Shown one piece after another: positions 16,590-30,431 of a stretch of DNA of 64,000 nt. The first letter of the stretch is position 1; each line of letters opens with the position of its first letter. The DNA comes from the human T2T-CHM13v2.0 reference genome, Homo sapiens. Location of the stretch: the NCBI RefSeq assembly GCF_009914755.1, contig NC_060935.1; one strand, 5' to 3'. A program made the translations under genes and the position numbers. The notes beneath the pieces were generated by a model. That model searched no databases. It saw nothing but the letters and a program-made list of their open reading frames with translations, and was not told the origin of the DNA.

Positions 16590-16820
16590 AGAACTCCAAG
16601 GGAACAGACTACAAATATGTCTTCCCTGAATCTTTAACAAAAGCCTCTGGCTTCACCTTCACATTCTGATCTGGACTGCATTCAGAAGAGTAGGGCGTGA
16701 ATGCCCAATTTCCTAGGGAACACAGAGGCTCCCTAGGCAGCTCTAGCCTTAAACTCAGTGCAAGCCAGTACACTCCCAGGGGGCTGTGAAATGTATTTCA
16801 GATAGTTGAGGGTGAGCAGA
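16590..16820 (+). promoter_or_regulatory. Putative OR52P1 promoter/first exon (O/E-like cluster)
   Basis: ctccaaggga 16594, ttcctagggaa 16710, tcccaggggg 16774, then donor-like GG|gtgagc at 16812. Confidence 0.35.
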
Positions 16821-18350
16821 GACTTGTAATGTTCTTGCAATCTTCTGAGGATGCTTCTACACTGTGGTGCCTTCTCTTTTCTGCTCTCCTGGAATCCTGT
16901 GAGTTTGGCTAGGAAAAGACTCTGGAAAAGGCATTTCTTAGCCCTCAAGAGAAGTTTTTCTGTGCAAACTGGTTATGGAAAGTTTGCTTGAAAGCATGGA
17001 GAATAAGATTTAAAATAAAGATTTAAAGATTTGCTTGAAAGCATGGAGAATATCCAGGAAAGGAAATTTCCCCGAGTAACACCTCTGTAGAGTCTGATTT
17101 GGAATTTTAGTTAGCAGGCATCCTGAAACAGAAATTATAGTTTGGCGTTAAGCTGAGTAGTTGGAAAGGGGAACACAGTGGGGAACTACCTGGAAAGGAA
17201 GAAGCAAGTGATATGTTAACCAGATGAAAGACATGCGAGGCATTGTGAAGAAAGTTTATGGCATTCACTATAATATTCCTGAAATTACTAACAAGCAGTA
17301 ATTTCTCATGAAGCACGGAAGGGGGAATTTGTGTGCCTAGTGAGATGGACAGACGCTATAAAGATGAACAGCATGAAACTAGGCAGAGGGAATCAGCAGA
17401 ACCTTAGATTTCCTTGAGTTTTTTTTTGCCCCTAGTATTCTGACATCAGGCACATTAGTCATCACTGTCCAGGTAAAGTCAAAGTACTCTTGTAAAATCG
17501 CTTCTTGCCACTGTGGAATGGTAACATTGAGAAGGATTTGACTATGCCCTTTCTTAGAAATTACCAGGTACAGCAGATGGAATGTGAATAAAGGATTGAC
17601 CAAGATGTGGGCTGAAAAAGCTTGGAATTTTCAGTTTCATAAATAGAATGAAGTCCAAAAGGGTTACCTTCAACATTTTGGGGAAAGGATAGCTGAAGCA
17701 TCTTATGAAATTTCAGACGAAGATTGAGCAGATATATGTGAAAATATATCTATAGCTTAGTAAAAAGAGTGGAAACGACTAGAGTAATATTAAGTTCAAA
17801 AATAATTACTAAGTACAGGGTCCCAAATTAGAATCTATTCCAACTTAAAGGACAAGAAAAAAAAAGTACGAGATTACCCAGTGAACTATGTTTGTAGTTT
17901 GTGTCACCAAACTGATAGTCACGCCTAATTTCTTCTTATACTCCATAAAAGACAGTGTGTATGTATGTGTGTGTGTTTCTTTGTGTGTATGTATGTATTC
18001 AGGTATATGTGTATAGCCTTAGCTAGGAGACAATTCTAGTTTATCTAAAGGCTTATTTGAGCCCTTTCTCACGTTCATTTATTTTATTTAATAAGCATTA
18101 TATATCAGGTATTATTCAAAGCTCTTTAGAAATCTTTAGACATATTAACCCATATAATTCTCTTCTCTATAGGGAATAGATATGATTATTATTGCTATTT
18201 TATGGATGATGAAGCTTTCTAAACATGATATAGCCAGTAAGTGTTACTATTCTCTCATTCCTATCTCTGTTCTATCTTGTTCCTCCAGATAATGTGATAC
18301 TATGTGGAGGTTTCTGACCACAGAGAATGTCCAGCACTCTTGGCCACAAC

Positions 18351-19316
18351 ATGGAATCTCCTAATCACACTGATGTTGACCCTTCTGTCTTCTTCCTCCT
18401 GGGCATCCCAGGTCTGGAACAATTTCATTTGTGGCTCTCACTCCCTGTGTGTGGCTTAGGCACAGCCACAATTGTGGGCAATATAACTATTCTGGTTGTT
18501 GTTGCCACTGAACCAGTCTTGCACAAGCCTGTGTACCTTTTTCTGTGCATGCTCTCAACCATCGACTTGGCTGCCTCTGTCTCCACAGTTCCCAAGCTAC
18601 TGGCTATCTTCTGGTGTGGAGCCGGACATATATCTGCCTCTGCCTGCCTGGCACAGATGTTCTTCATTCATGCCTTCTGCATGATGGAGTCCACTGTGCT
18701 ACTGGCCATGGCCTTTGATCGCTACGTGGCCATCTGCCACCCACTCCGCTATGCCACAATCCTCACTGACACCATCATTGCCCACATAGGGGTGGCAGCT
18801 GTAGTGCGAGGCTCCCTGCTCATGCTCCCATGTCCCTTCCTTATTGGGCGTTTGAACTTCTGCCAAAGCCATGTGATCCTACACACGTACTGTGAGCACA
18901 TGGCTGTGGTGAAGCTGGCCTGTGGAGACACCAGGCCTAACCGTGTGTATGGGCTGACAGCTGCACTGTTGGTCATTGGGGTTGACTTGTTTTGCATTGG
19001 TCTCTCCTATGCCCTAAGTGCACAAGCTGTCCTTCGCCTCTCATCCCATGAAGCTCGGTCCAAGGCCCTAGGGACCTGTGGTTCCCATGTCTGTGTCATC
19101 CTCATCTCTTATACACCAGCCCTCTTCTCCTTTTTTACACACCGCTTTGGCCATCACGTTCCAGTCCATATTCACATTCTTTTGGCCAATGTTTATCTGC
19201 TTTTGCCACCTGCTCTTAATCCTGTGGTATATGGAGTTAAGACCAAACAGATCCGTAAAAGAGTTGTCAGGGTGTTTCAAAGTGGGCAGGAAATGGGCAT
19301 CAAGGCATCTGAGTGA
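18351..19316 (+). CDS. OR52P1: Olfactory receptor 52P1, intact ORF (321 aa; in-frame upstream ATG at 18327)
   Basis: NHT glycosylation site, [51 protein letters not shown]; acceptor ttcctccag at 18288. Confidence 0.88.
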   Translation: MESPNHTDVDPSVFFLLGIPGLEQFHLWLSLPVCGLGTATIVGNITILVVVATEPVLHKPVYLFLCMLSTIDLAASVSTVPKLLAIFWCGAGHISASACLAQMFFIHAFCMMESTVLLAMAFDRYVAICHPLRYATILTDTIIAHIGVAAVVRGSLLMLPCPFLIGRLNFCQSHVILHTYCEHMAVVKLACGDTRPNRVYGLTAALLVIGVDLFCIGLSYALSAQAVLRLSSHEARSKALGTCGSHVCVILISYTPALFSFFTHRFGHHVPVHIHILLANVYLLLPPALNPVVYGVKTKQIRKRVVRVFQSGQEMGIKASE

Positions 19317-20749
19317 CCCTGGAGTATAGAGGGACTTAATCCAAAATAAAAAAAAAACCTTTTCAAGATAATCCTCAGTATGTGAGACCAGAAAGAGCTT
19401 TTAAGAGGGGGATAATGTCTTCTGCAGAACTTTCTAGACCATTTCCAAGAATGATAAATCACAGAGAAGGGCATTCTTTCTTTCCTTTCAGAGAAGTGTA
19501 AACATGGGAAGATTCTTGCAACCTGGGTAACGTGCAGATATTGAAAACAACCCACTGTGTTCTGGAGGGTTTCTACCCTGCTGCAGTTTAGAAGAGTCCC
19601 TGCATAGCCATAAGATCTCTTCTCATTTCCTGGCACCCTTCCAATATTCCAGGCATGGATTTCTAATTTCATACCTTAGGATATACCAGCTATCTTACCA
19701 GCTGCAAGAATCAGAAGATAGGACAATATAGCCACAGTTAAAGTAGTTAAAGCCGCAAAAAATTTATCATGCTTTTCCATAAACCCTGTATTTCTCCATT
19801 AGAGCTTCAAACCAAGAGGAGAAAAAGATCCACCAGCATCCACAATGTTACTTAGTGGCAGAACAAAGCTGTGAAAACTAGAATCCTTTAGGACTTCTAT
19901 GAATGAGGGCACAAGAGAGGTTAGGAATAACTCTTCATTTCTAGACATTTTCTATTTATCTCACAGGTACACTCCTGTCTCCAGCCTCTCAGGAACTAAC
20001 CTAAGTCTGAATGACCTTGGATATCATCCCTCACAAGCAGTTTCCAATTATTCTTGTACATACATACAATGGGAGGACCTTTCAGAAGTCATTGACTTAT
20101 CTCCTGAACCTATAAGAAATGGCCACTTACCCAAACCACTCAGAATGGGAATTCTTAATTATGAAATTAGTCTGTATTTATTAATTCTTCTATTTATTTA
20201 TAATGAAAAGAAGATTAAGCTTGATTCTAGTAACTCCATGTGGTGATGGAAAGTTCCTAACTATATCCATGAAACTAAGATTGGAAACCAGTTACTGTAC
20301 ATACTGAGCTTTCTGTCCACTCCTCACCAAATAGCTTCAGACAATTTATCAAACACATTCTCTTAACAAATTAGCATTTTCAATTTTGAGTTCGCCAATA
20401 GTACACATTTTTTGCTTGTCATCCGCTTATATGCCATCCTACCCTGTTAGGTGGAGGGAACACAAAACTCCCTTGTGGAAGTTCACAGACACTCCTGTCC
20501 TGGGAAAGTATCAGTCCTGAGGTAGATAGAAAGCCAATGCCCAGCTCTTCAAAGCTCTGTCTCTGTCAGGAATATAAGTGTTTTATTGGGACACTTCAAA
20601 TATGTTGGGATAAACAGTGCACAAATAGTGAAACTCAGTGAAGTAGGCTGAGCACTGTCCATTTTTCAGAGAAAAAATAATCACTTTTTATAGGGAGAGT
20701 ACTAGTATATGGGCTGTCACTGGTTTTAATTTTTTTATTCTAACCCTCA

Positions 20750-20952
20750 ATTTTTTTTATTATACTTTAAGTTCTAGGGTACATGTGCACAACGTGCAGG
20801 TTTGTTACATATGTATACATGAGCCATGTTGGTGTGCTGCACCCATTAACTCGTCCTTTACATTAGGTATATCTCCTAATGCCATCCCTCCCCTCACCCC
20901 CACCCCACAACAGACCCCGGTGTGTGATGTTCCCCTTCCTGTGTCCATGTAT
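20750..20952 (-). mobile_element. L1PA 3'-end fragment
   Basis: ttattatactttaagttctagggtacatgtgcacaacg...tgtgtccatgt. Confidence 0.9.
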
Positions 20953-20969
20953 CTAATCCTTAAATTGAG

Positions 20970-20970
<1 letters not shown>

Positions 20971-21000
<30 letters not shown>

Positions 21001-21278
21001 CAGAGTCTCGCTCTGTCACCCAGGCTGGAGTGCAGTGGCATGATCTCAGCTCACTACCAGCTCCGCCTCCCAGGCTCACACCATTCTCCTGCCTCAGCCT
21101 CCCGAGTAGCTAGGACTACAGGCACCCGCCAACACACCCGGCTAATTTTTTGTATTTTTTAGTAGAGACGGGGTTTCACCGTGTTAGCCAGGATGGTCTC
21201 GATCTCCTGACCTTGTGATCCGCCTGCCTCAGCCTCCCAAAGTGCTGGGATTACAGGCGTGAGCCACCGTGCCCGGCC
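20971..21278 (-). mobile_element. AluY-like
   Basis: Full dimer with ccattctcctg and gtgttagccaggatgg diagnostics. Confidence 0.93.
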
Positions 21279-22048
21279 GAGATATTCTTAATAGATTTTT
21301 AAGATTTATATACAATTCTAACACTACAGTTCATCAACAAAATTACTTTTGTGTTCTCCAAATTGACCATTTTTCTAGCACAGAAACCTACAACCCCAAC
21401 TGTGTAACAATCTTATACTGTATCATGGGTTTCTATACTTTGTAGAACGTTTCTAAAGTGTATTGTAAGCAATATACTTATAAGCACTGCTTGTTCATAA
21501 CTTCTCACTTTAATGTGAATCTCAATGCTAGATGTCTATGTGTTCACCTTTTATGATTTACAATAATAAGTTTATATCATGATCAACCCCTTATACACCT
21601 CCGGCCACTCATGTTTGTAATATTACATTGATTTCAATTCCATAAAAAATGAAATGACAAGGAATAAACTGTCTCCAATTATAATCCTCATATAAACTTT
21701 TGATGTGTATAGCCATTATTTCCTCCTTTCTTGCTATATTTATTTATTGCCAATTTCTTTTTCCTCTCAAGAAAGCCTCTTATAATATGCCTTTGGGATC
21801 CCAGACTATCAGTTACTTCTTGGATGTCTCCTGTTTATAACCCATTTGAATTTACTGGCACATTTGCCCCATAGAAAAATTTCTCATAACCTTAGTGATT
21901 TTTTTTAAATGAAAGTTCATGAAAAATATTTTTGGAACTAATTATTGCTGCATTCTTATGTCCTATTCTTTTCTTATATTACAATCTAACTTCAACCAGA
22001 AGTTGATGTTTCCAGAGAAATACCTGTCATCAAAGCCAGCAGTAACCA

Positions 22049-22348
<300 letters not shown>

Positions 22349-23739
22349 AGCAGTAACCATTTTTAACAGAACTACCTTAAATTGTGTTATATTATGACTT
22401 ACTTCTCCAAAATCTATCCACTGTGATTTCTATGATCCCACACAATCCCAGCTTTTCTTTCATGTCTCTAATGTTTTTCATCCTCTTCCCCTTATTTTAT
22501 TTTTAATGAACCTGACTTTTAAATGTTGGTGTTTCTCAGAGATCCATCTTTGGCTAACTTCTCACTCATTCCAATCTAAGTCCATAGCAATGGGGACCAT
22601 GAAAGGAAGAGCTGAAAATCCAGAACAGTGTCAAGGCAGAGGGCTTCCTGCAGGAGACAGCAACTAGATGTCTATGCAGAAAACACTGTGCTCTTCATTG
22701 CATTAGGAAACTTCTCTTGCCTTTTTGTTTCTTTCAATTATGACCGATGGTGTGCTTAACTAATTCCTTCCCACTGTCATTATTTCTTGCTTCTGATGAT
22801 ATCATCTTGAACTCACCTTGACTATAAGCAGACTTCAAATTATATTAGTATTTGGAATCTGTTCCTTGTAAGAGTAAGCAATGTAGGATGGTCAAAAGGT
22901 ACAGCCTCATCCCTTCCATTCGTGTATACTGTTCAGTTAATAGAGAATTTAGTCATAGTGTCTAATTTGAAGAGCAATGAAAACTAAAAACTTTCAGGAA
23001 GAATCATTTTCTAAGTGAGCACTGGACTAATGGACTCACATATTTGGCAGATTATGAAAAGGACATTGAGGAATTACTGCTCTATTACTTCATATTCTGC
23101 AGTCTAAGCGCTCTAAGTTGCTGAGGGTCGGATAAGTTCCTACATCTTATCCACTTCTCATTCATTGTAAATGAGCTTCTTTAAGCATTTTGTATGTTCA
23201 AGAAGTTTACTGGAAGAAAGCAGAGAAACCAGCAGGGGAGGCAAGAATTGTGATAATATCGAATTATTATTTGATGTAATACAGTAAAGGGTTTTCTGGC
23301 ACCTCCAGAATTGTTGTGTACGTCTCAGAATTGTAAGCCTTTTCTCTACATTAAAAATAAGTTTCTCATTAATCTGCAGCTTCCTTCCCGTTCTTGGTCC
23401 AAACATTTCCCTAAAACATTACCAAATGGTAGCTCTTAATTTCCTCTAACTAAACATAACAAATGTATTATATCACACCTACCTACATAGGCAAACATTT
23501 AACCACATTTTCTAAGGTTAATTGACAGGTACCATTCTTCCAATTTGAGGTAGGTCCCTGCCATGTGAGCCATGGAAAGTGGCTCTCATCACCCCTCCTT
23601 TTTTCAGCAACCATATGCTCTTATTTATCCAATTCTCTCTGACTTATCAACAATCTATTTTTCTCTCTACCAAATAGTTCATACCAACCTCCAAAGATGC
23701 ATTATTTTTCCCGATTTTAAAACAAGAAATGCTTTTTAA

Positions 23740-24105
23740 AATTTAATTTTTATTTTTGATGTATATTTTCATTTTTAATTGACTAATATATATAAGGGAT
23801 GCAATGTGATATTGTGATATATGTATACTTTGTGGAATGATTATATCAGTCTAATTAACATAACTATCACCTCATAAAGTTATTTTTTTTGCAGTAAGAA
23901 CATTTTACATTTATTCTTTCGCAATTTTGAAACATACCATATATTACTATTGACTGTGGTCACCACGTTGTACAATAGTTCTTGAAAATTTACTCTTCCT
24001 GTCTAACTGAACCTTTATACACTTTGGTCAACATCTCCGCATCCCCCAGTTCCCCACCTTTTATCCTTTTCAGCATCTGGTAACCACCATTCTACTTTCT
24101 ACTAC
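23740..24105 (-). mobile_element. L1MA 3' fragment
   Basis: tgtgatatatgtatactttgtggaatg...tctggtaaccaccattctactttct. Confidence 0.7.
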
Positions 24106-24149
24106 AAATTACTCTAAACCCCAACTTCCAACTCTAAACTTCCAACTTC

Positions 24150-25615
24150 TGCCCTACATTTTCTTGTTTGTACAAACTTCTTTAAAATGTTATGTGCATA
24201 AATTTTTCTATTTCCTAGCCTTTAACTTACTCTTTAGCCCACTCCAATATGACTTTTTCTTATGCACTCCAAAAATAGACAGTTCTTTTCAAAAAGTCAT
24301 TTGTAACCTCCAAGAGACTGAATCCATCAATATTACTTTAAACTATGTTTCATTAGATCTGTCAGTACAGTAAAATTATGAATCAATTTCTTTGCCTTCT
24401 TCTTTAAAAATCAATCTGTCTTTTCCTATATAGGTTATTTTCGGTCTCTTTTTCTTTCTCAACATTTACCTAGACATCATGATGAGTTTCTAGAAACTAC
24501 ATGCTAGACCACCTTCTTTCTGTCACTATCCTCACTTGCTAAAACATCTATTTGTGCTAATAGCATTAATTCAAATATTCCAGTAATTTCCAAATAAAAT
24601 ACTAGTCACTCCAGTTTTTCTCAAATTGTTCCTTTGCTCTCTGGAACTACTTTTTCCTCTCTTTGCTAAATAATAATCTCTTGGATGCTTCAAAGGTAGG
24701 CACCTCATATTGGTCATGACCTCATTTGAACTCATTCTCTTCCCTTATAATCTGGTTCTTCTCCAGTCATCCTTAGGTACATGAATGACATATTCCATTC
24801 CAGTGCATGTATGAGAAACTTAGAGTTATTTTGGGGTCATAAATATTATAAAATTTACATCCAGTATAACTTCTATATCCATCCATTTCTCTATATCTTC
24901 ATAGCTTAAAATAAAGCTGTCTCACCCTTGAAGTACTGTTGTCAGTGCTCATCCAACTTACTTATATTTATTCTTGCCATGTACAATCTGGTCTTCACAT
25001 TGCTGCCATGCCTAAATTATCCTAAACCTTTTCAGTGGCTCCATATTGCTTTAGCATAAATTTGCTTAAAATTATCTGACCACTATGACCTCAACAGCAC
25101 CATCTCACATCACCTCCCATGTTCCACCACACCTTGAGGTTTCCAGACACATTGTTGTCACCTTGAGGTTACCTTGTTGTTACACTGAGATTACCAGACA
25201 CATTGTTGTAACACTCTGTTGTTACCTTGACTATGCCTTGATCCCTCTCATTTTAACATTCAAAGATTCCTGGATAAAAAGTCTTTTTTATCCCCACCCC
25301 AACACACACACCATAGTTATCTTCTACTCAAACAATTGCCCTCAGAACAAACATTTTTTCAGGATATCCTCTCTGACAACAAGAGATTATTTTTTTCTTC
25401 ATGTGAACTCTTATCACTTGGTACTTTTGCTTTAAAGCACTAATCCCAGTCTATTATTATATATTTGCTTGATTTTGTTGTTATTATTCTCTCCCCCCAC
25501 CTCAACTAGACCACAATTTCAATGAGAACAGGAACGATGACTGTTCTATTGATCACTTTATGCCTAACATGTTTTTCAAACACAGACAGAACTAAATATG
25601 TATTTTTGAATGAAA
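24150..25615 (+). mobile_element. Degraded L2, approximate
   Basis: Pyrimidine-rich L2-like body ending ...atgagaacagg...tttttgaatgaa. Confidence 0.45.
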
Positions 25616-28374
25616 GCTTTCTCCTTTAAAAATGTTTAAATAAATCTCCTAGCCACAGAATTTAGAACACCCAGAGTTTGTGTGCTTAAAAACCATTCAA
25701 ACACTCTAAAATTTCTCACCTTTATAGGTCCATTTTGATTTAATAAATGAAGATATTCTTCTATTCATGTAAATTCTTAGGTTACATTAATAGGATACAT
25801 GTTTTTGAGTTAATCTGCTTTCTATTCTAGTGGGATTTAACATCCTAGGAATTCAGCTTTCTCTATAGGTCTTTCATCATGTCTGCAAATGAGATCTATT
25901 ATGCTTAGGTCACTGAGCTGCTTTACTACTCTCCATAAATTTCAGAAGTTTATAATTTCTGTGCCACATCTTAGCTGACAACACATTTTTATCTTGTGTT
26001 AAAGCATCTTTCTCATAAAGTTCTGTCTTTGCCCAGTAGAAAACTTCTGCCACGCCTAGGATCCCAGACTGTGAGTCTGTGTTCATAAGCAAGGTAAGTG
26101 ATAAAATCTTCTCATGGTCACTTTGGCTAAATTCCAGAGAGTTCAATGGCTTATCCTAAACATTATGTTGTTTTGTCAACATTCTGCAAAAAGATTGACA
26201 TTTCTCTCTGTTTTAGTAGCATATAGAGGATTGGAGGGCCTTTCCAAAAAAGGTTGAAGTCAGAATTAGAAAATATTAAGGCTCACATGGTGCACTAGAA
26301 GTTACCTTGTCTGTAATCAAAAAACAACACTGCCAGATTATCTTCAGGGTTAATATATTAACTGTTTTATATAGCAGAATCGTATTCTATGTCATGCTAG
26401 AATATAATTGTAAAAAAAATTAAAAACAATTCTTTTTCTGTGAGCTCAAACATACTACTTCTCTTAATTGTATCACACATATACAAATCAGAAAAAAATT
26501 TTAATAGAGAAAACATCAAAGATAAAATGTTATGTGATATTAGGATGTAAAGTAATAAATGAGTATTAAGTAAAAATGCCAGGCCTTGTACATCAAATGG
26601 GTTACATACTTCCACGCATCCAGGATAAAACTATTGTGTTGAACCCCTTCAGAATTCTCCTCTAAAAGCTCAAAGTCAAACTAGCTTTATCTCCATTATT
26701 GCTTGTGCTCTTTAGTCATTGAAATTTTCTGTAGATACATTTAGATAATTTTACTCTTTATCAAATTACATTCACCATTAAAGAAGGATGATTTACTCCA
26801 TCATTTGGGAGTATATGTTTATTCAAACATACAGGCAATAAGAAACCTCTGAAAGGAAATACATTTAGTTTTTAATAAGAATTGATACAACAAAAGAATT
26901 TTATTTTCTTCCAGATTTTTTTGGTATTTAACAATAATTATATCAAAAATCAACCCATAACTAATATATTAAAAATAACATTTTAACCTTTGAACATAGC
27001 TTTCCAGTTTTTGTTTCTTGCTCATAAACCTGCAATAGCTTCCACCATGGCAAAAATATTGGAAATAAAATGCCTTGAAAAATTACTAATTTTAGCATAG
27101 AGTAAGTATTATATGTATCTGCAGTGTAGAATACAAAGAAGTTCAAAGCAAGAGATTATATTCACTTCGGTTTGAGTCATATCTGAGAGTGTTTTATGCA
27201 AAATAAAGGATTGTAATAGTAAATAAATAATAAATGGTAAATAAATAAAGGATTGTAATAATATAGTATTGTATTTGAAAGAAAATGTGAAACCATGAAT
27301 TATTTTAAGCAAAGGAATACCAGTGTCTGAAAGATCAGATTGCTAGCAGAAAGAAAGAATTATGGAAAATGAGAAACATTTGCTCCAGGCAGGTTGCAGA
27401 AAGCATACTGAAAAAAAAGAGTGCATATGAATGAAGTAAAGAAAAGAAATCAACAATATGATAAGCAATTATTTGCAGTAAGGGAAGGTTAGTTTTCTAG
27501 ATTCAAGCTTGTCTGGTCGAGCCACCATGCAGAATAAAAAGTAAATGGATAACAACAAAGTTGTAGAAAAGATAATGAGTCTAATTTTAACCATGATTTT
27601 TGAGCATTGAATGGCAATTCCTTCAACATTATGGACAAATAATTCTTGTTTGTTAAATAAGTTAAAATTACTGTTCAATGGTTAGAAGGTTTTAGTTGTA
27701 CAAGATGAATAAGTTCTAGAGACCAGCTGTACAACATTGTGCCTGTATTCACTAAAAAATGAATAGAGTTGATCTAATATTGTGTTGTTATCACAGGAAT
27801 CTTTAAAAGCTTCTTATTAGTTTTACCTAAATCCTGTATTTATGTCTTTATAGGTTCTCTAAGATTCAACTATAAAAAAACTTACTAAGGTATGTCTTCA
27901 TTATATGACTTCTCATATGGAGAAATTCAGCCATAATCACTAACTTCCTTTTAAGCTACTCTTTTGCAACCTCCTCAGAAGTGCATACAAAATAGAACAT
28001 GAAAGAAAACTATCCCCAAATCCTCAATATAATTTATTTCTGGAAACCTTTACAAGTCCATGATATCAAAATTTTGAAAGGCTATGTAAGACGTTAATGG
28101 ACATCTATATCAACTTGAAATGATGTAGCTATAAATTTCATCTCCCATAATTCTTCATTTAAAAAATCTAGTTATTATTAGTTAATAGACCTCTGCATCA
28201 AGTCAAGTAACACTGAGATAAATATGAAGAAAACAAGCACATCCATTTAATCTATATAATTTCTAAAGAGATGAAGAAAGGCTTAGAAAAATACTACAAT
28301 TTTATTTCTGTGGTGGTTCCAACCTGTGATAACTGAGAACAATACAAATAGAGATTTGAAATTCATGTTGAATC

Positions 28375-29349
28375 ATGAATCATATGTCTGCATCTCTCAA
28401 AATCTCCAATAGCTCCAAATTCCAGGTCTCTGAGTTCATCCTGCTGGGATTCCCGGGCATTCACAGCTGGCAACACTGGCTATCTCTGCCCCTGGCACTA
28501 CTGTATCTCTCAGCACTTGCTGCAAACACCCTCATCCTCATCATCATCTGGCAGAACCCTTCTTTACAGCAGCCCATGTATATTTTCCTTGGCATCCTCT
28601 GTATGGTAGACATGGGTCTGGCCACTACTATCATCCCTAAGATCCTGGCCATCTTCTGGTTTGATGCCAAGGTTATTAGCCTCCCTGAGCGCTTTGCTCA
28701 GATTTATGCCATTCACTTCTTTGTGGGCATGGAGTCTGGTATCCTCCTCTGCATGGCTTTTGATAGATATGTGGCTATTTGTCACCCTCTTCGCTATCCA
28801 TCAATTGTCACCAGTTCCTTAATCTTAAAAGCTACCCTGTTCATGGTGCTGAGAAATGGCTTATTTGTCACTCCAGTGCCTGTGCTTGCAGCACAGCGTG
28901 ATTATTGCTCCAAGAATGAAATTGAACACTGCCTGTGCTCTAACCTTGGGGTCACAAGCCTGGCTTGTGATGACAGGAGGCCAAACAGCATTTGCCAGTT
29001 GGTTCTGGCATGGCTTGGAATGGGGAGTGATCTAAGTCTTATTATACTGTCATATATTTTGATTCTGTACTCTGTACTTAGACTGAACTCAGCTGAAGCT
29101 GCAGCCAAGGCCCTGAGCACTTGTAGTTCACATCTCACCCTCATCCTTTTCTTTTACACTATTGTTGTAGTGATTTCAGTGACTCATCTGACAGAGATGA
29201 AGGCTACTTTGATTCCAGTTCTACTTAATGTGTTGCACAACATCATCCCCCCTTCCCTCAACCCTACAGTTTATGCACTTCAGACCAAAGAACTTAGGGC
29301 AGCCTTCCAAAAGGTGCTGTTTGCCCTTACAAAAGAAATAAGATCTTAG
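28375..29349 (+). CDS. OR56B1: Olfactory receptor 56B1 (324 aa), Arg106 in place of conserved TM3 Cys
   Basis: Intact 7TM ORF; [49 protein letters not shown]. Confidence 0.9.
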   Translation: MNHMSASLKISNSSKFQVSEFILLGFPGIHSWQHWLSLPLALLYLSALAANTLILIIIWQNPSLQQPMYIFLGILCMVDMGLATTIIPKILAIFWFDAKVISLPERFAQIYAIHFFVGMESGILLCMAFDRYVAICHPLRYPSIVTSSLILKATLFMVLRNGLFVTPVPVLAAQRDYCSKNEIEHCLCSNLGVTSLACDDRRPNSICQLVLAWLGMGSDLSLIILSYILILYSVLRLNSAEAAAKALSTCSSHLTLILFFYTIVVVISVTHLTEMKATLIPVLLNVLHNIIPPSLNPTVYALQTKELRAAFQKVLFALTKEIRS

Positions 29350-29869
29350 AGACCTTCTCCATGATGTACATGAACCTCAGCTTCTCCTAAACTGGATAGT
29401 AAAATTTCAAAGAGGATAAATGAGTAAGTGAATACCTTTGGGATTCCCTTTTTATATTTGTATGTAAATAATTGTGAAAGCTTCAGAAAAGATACAAAAA
29501 ATCACAGTAGCCTAAAATATTGACAAAAGCTAAATATTTAAATATATTTGAGAATATGGAAGAAATTTCTGCCAAATCAAATTGGATTTAAAGAACTTAA
29601 TGATTGATATCTATCTCTTAAAATAAAAATGAATATAATCACACACCCACAAATACACACACAGACACACATACATTCAATCAGACAAATGAGTGATTGG
29701 GACATGAATCACAGGTCATGCTTGCGCATTGTTAGCTGTAACTTGGGAGCTGTAACTTGGGAGCAAAGTCAGTCTGCCTAAACAAGCATTACTCCAGTAA
29801 TATGAAATACAGAGGTCGGAAAAGAAAATAATTCAGATAAAGCCAAATCAGTCAATGATGAGGATTTAT

Positions 29870-30431
29870 GTGGAATATGAGATGACTCAGCTTGGACAGA
29901 CAGAACCCAAAAGATTCATCTAGCTAGAAGGATCTGGTGCTTACGCCGTTTGCCTCCCCAGATTTGCTCTCTGCCCTTTGTGCACTGCTCTGTAAACTGG
30001 AGGGCTGACTTTCACATATTGTAAGCCCAAACTCCTTTGTCTTTCGGTGTTCAGTTGAATTGAGCCAATGTGATGCGTGACAGATTACAGTTCAAGAGGA
30101 GACAGCATTTGGGCTATTTATTATTCTACTCCCAGCCTGCTTTGACATGAGGGTTTTCACTGGATATGTCCCTTCTCTGGCCACCCACCTGCTACAGCTA
30201 CAGCTTTTATGGAAATATAGTAACAGGCTTGTCTTGCCTTCTTTCTTCAGGCCAAGGGGCTGATAAAGGCTTCCTGATAGTAGTCTCTGAGTGCCCAGCA
30301 TCCATTATTTTTTAATATCCACTTGTTTTCTTAAAACAACCTACTACTCAATACCAACTTCATTAAATTGTCTTCAAACTCACATTTCTTTGTGCCTTTT
30401 TTTTTTCCCTTTCTGAGACCCTGACTGACTC
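29870..30431 (+). mobile_element. ERVL LTR (LTR33-like), approximate
   Basis: 3' end cttcattaaattgtc...ctgagaccctgactgactca. Confidence 0.45.
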
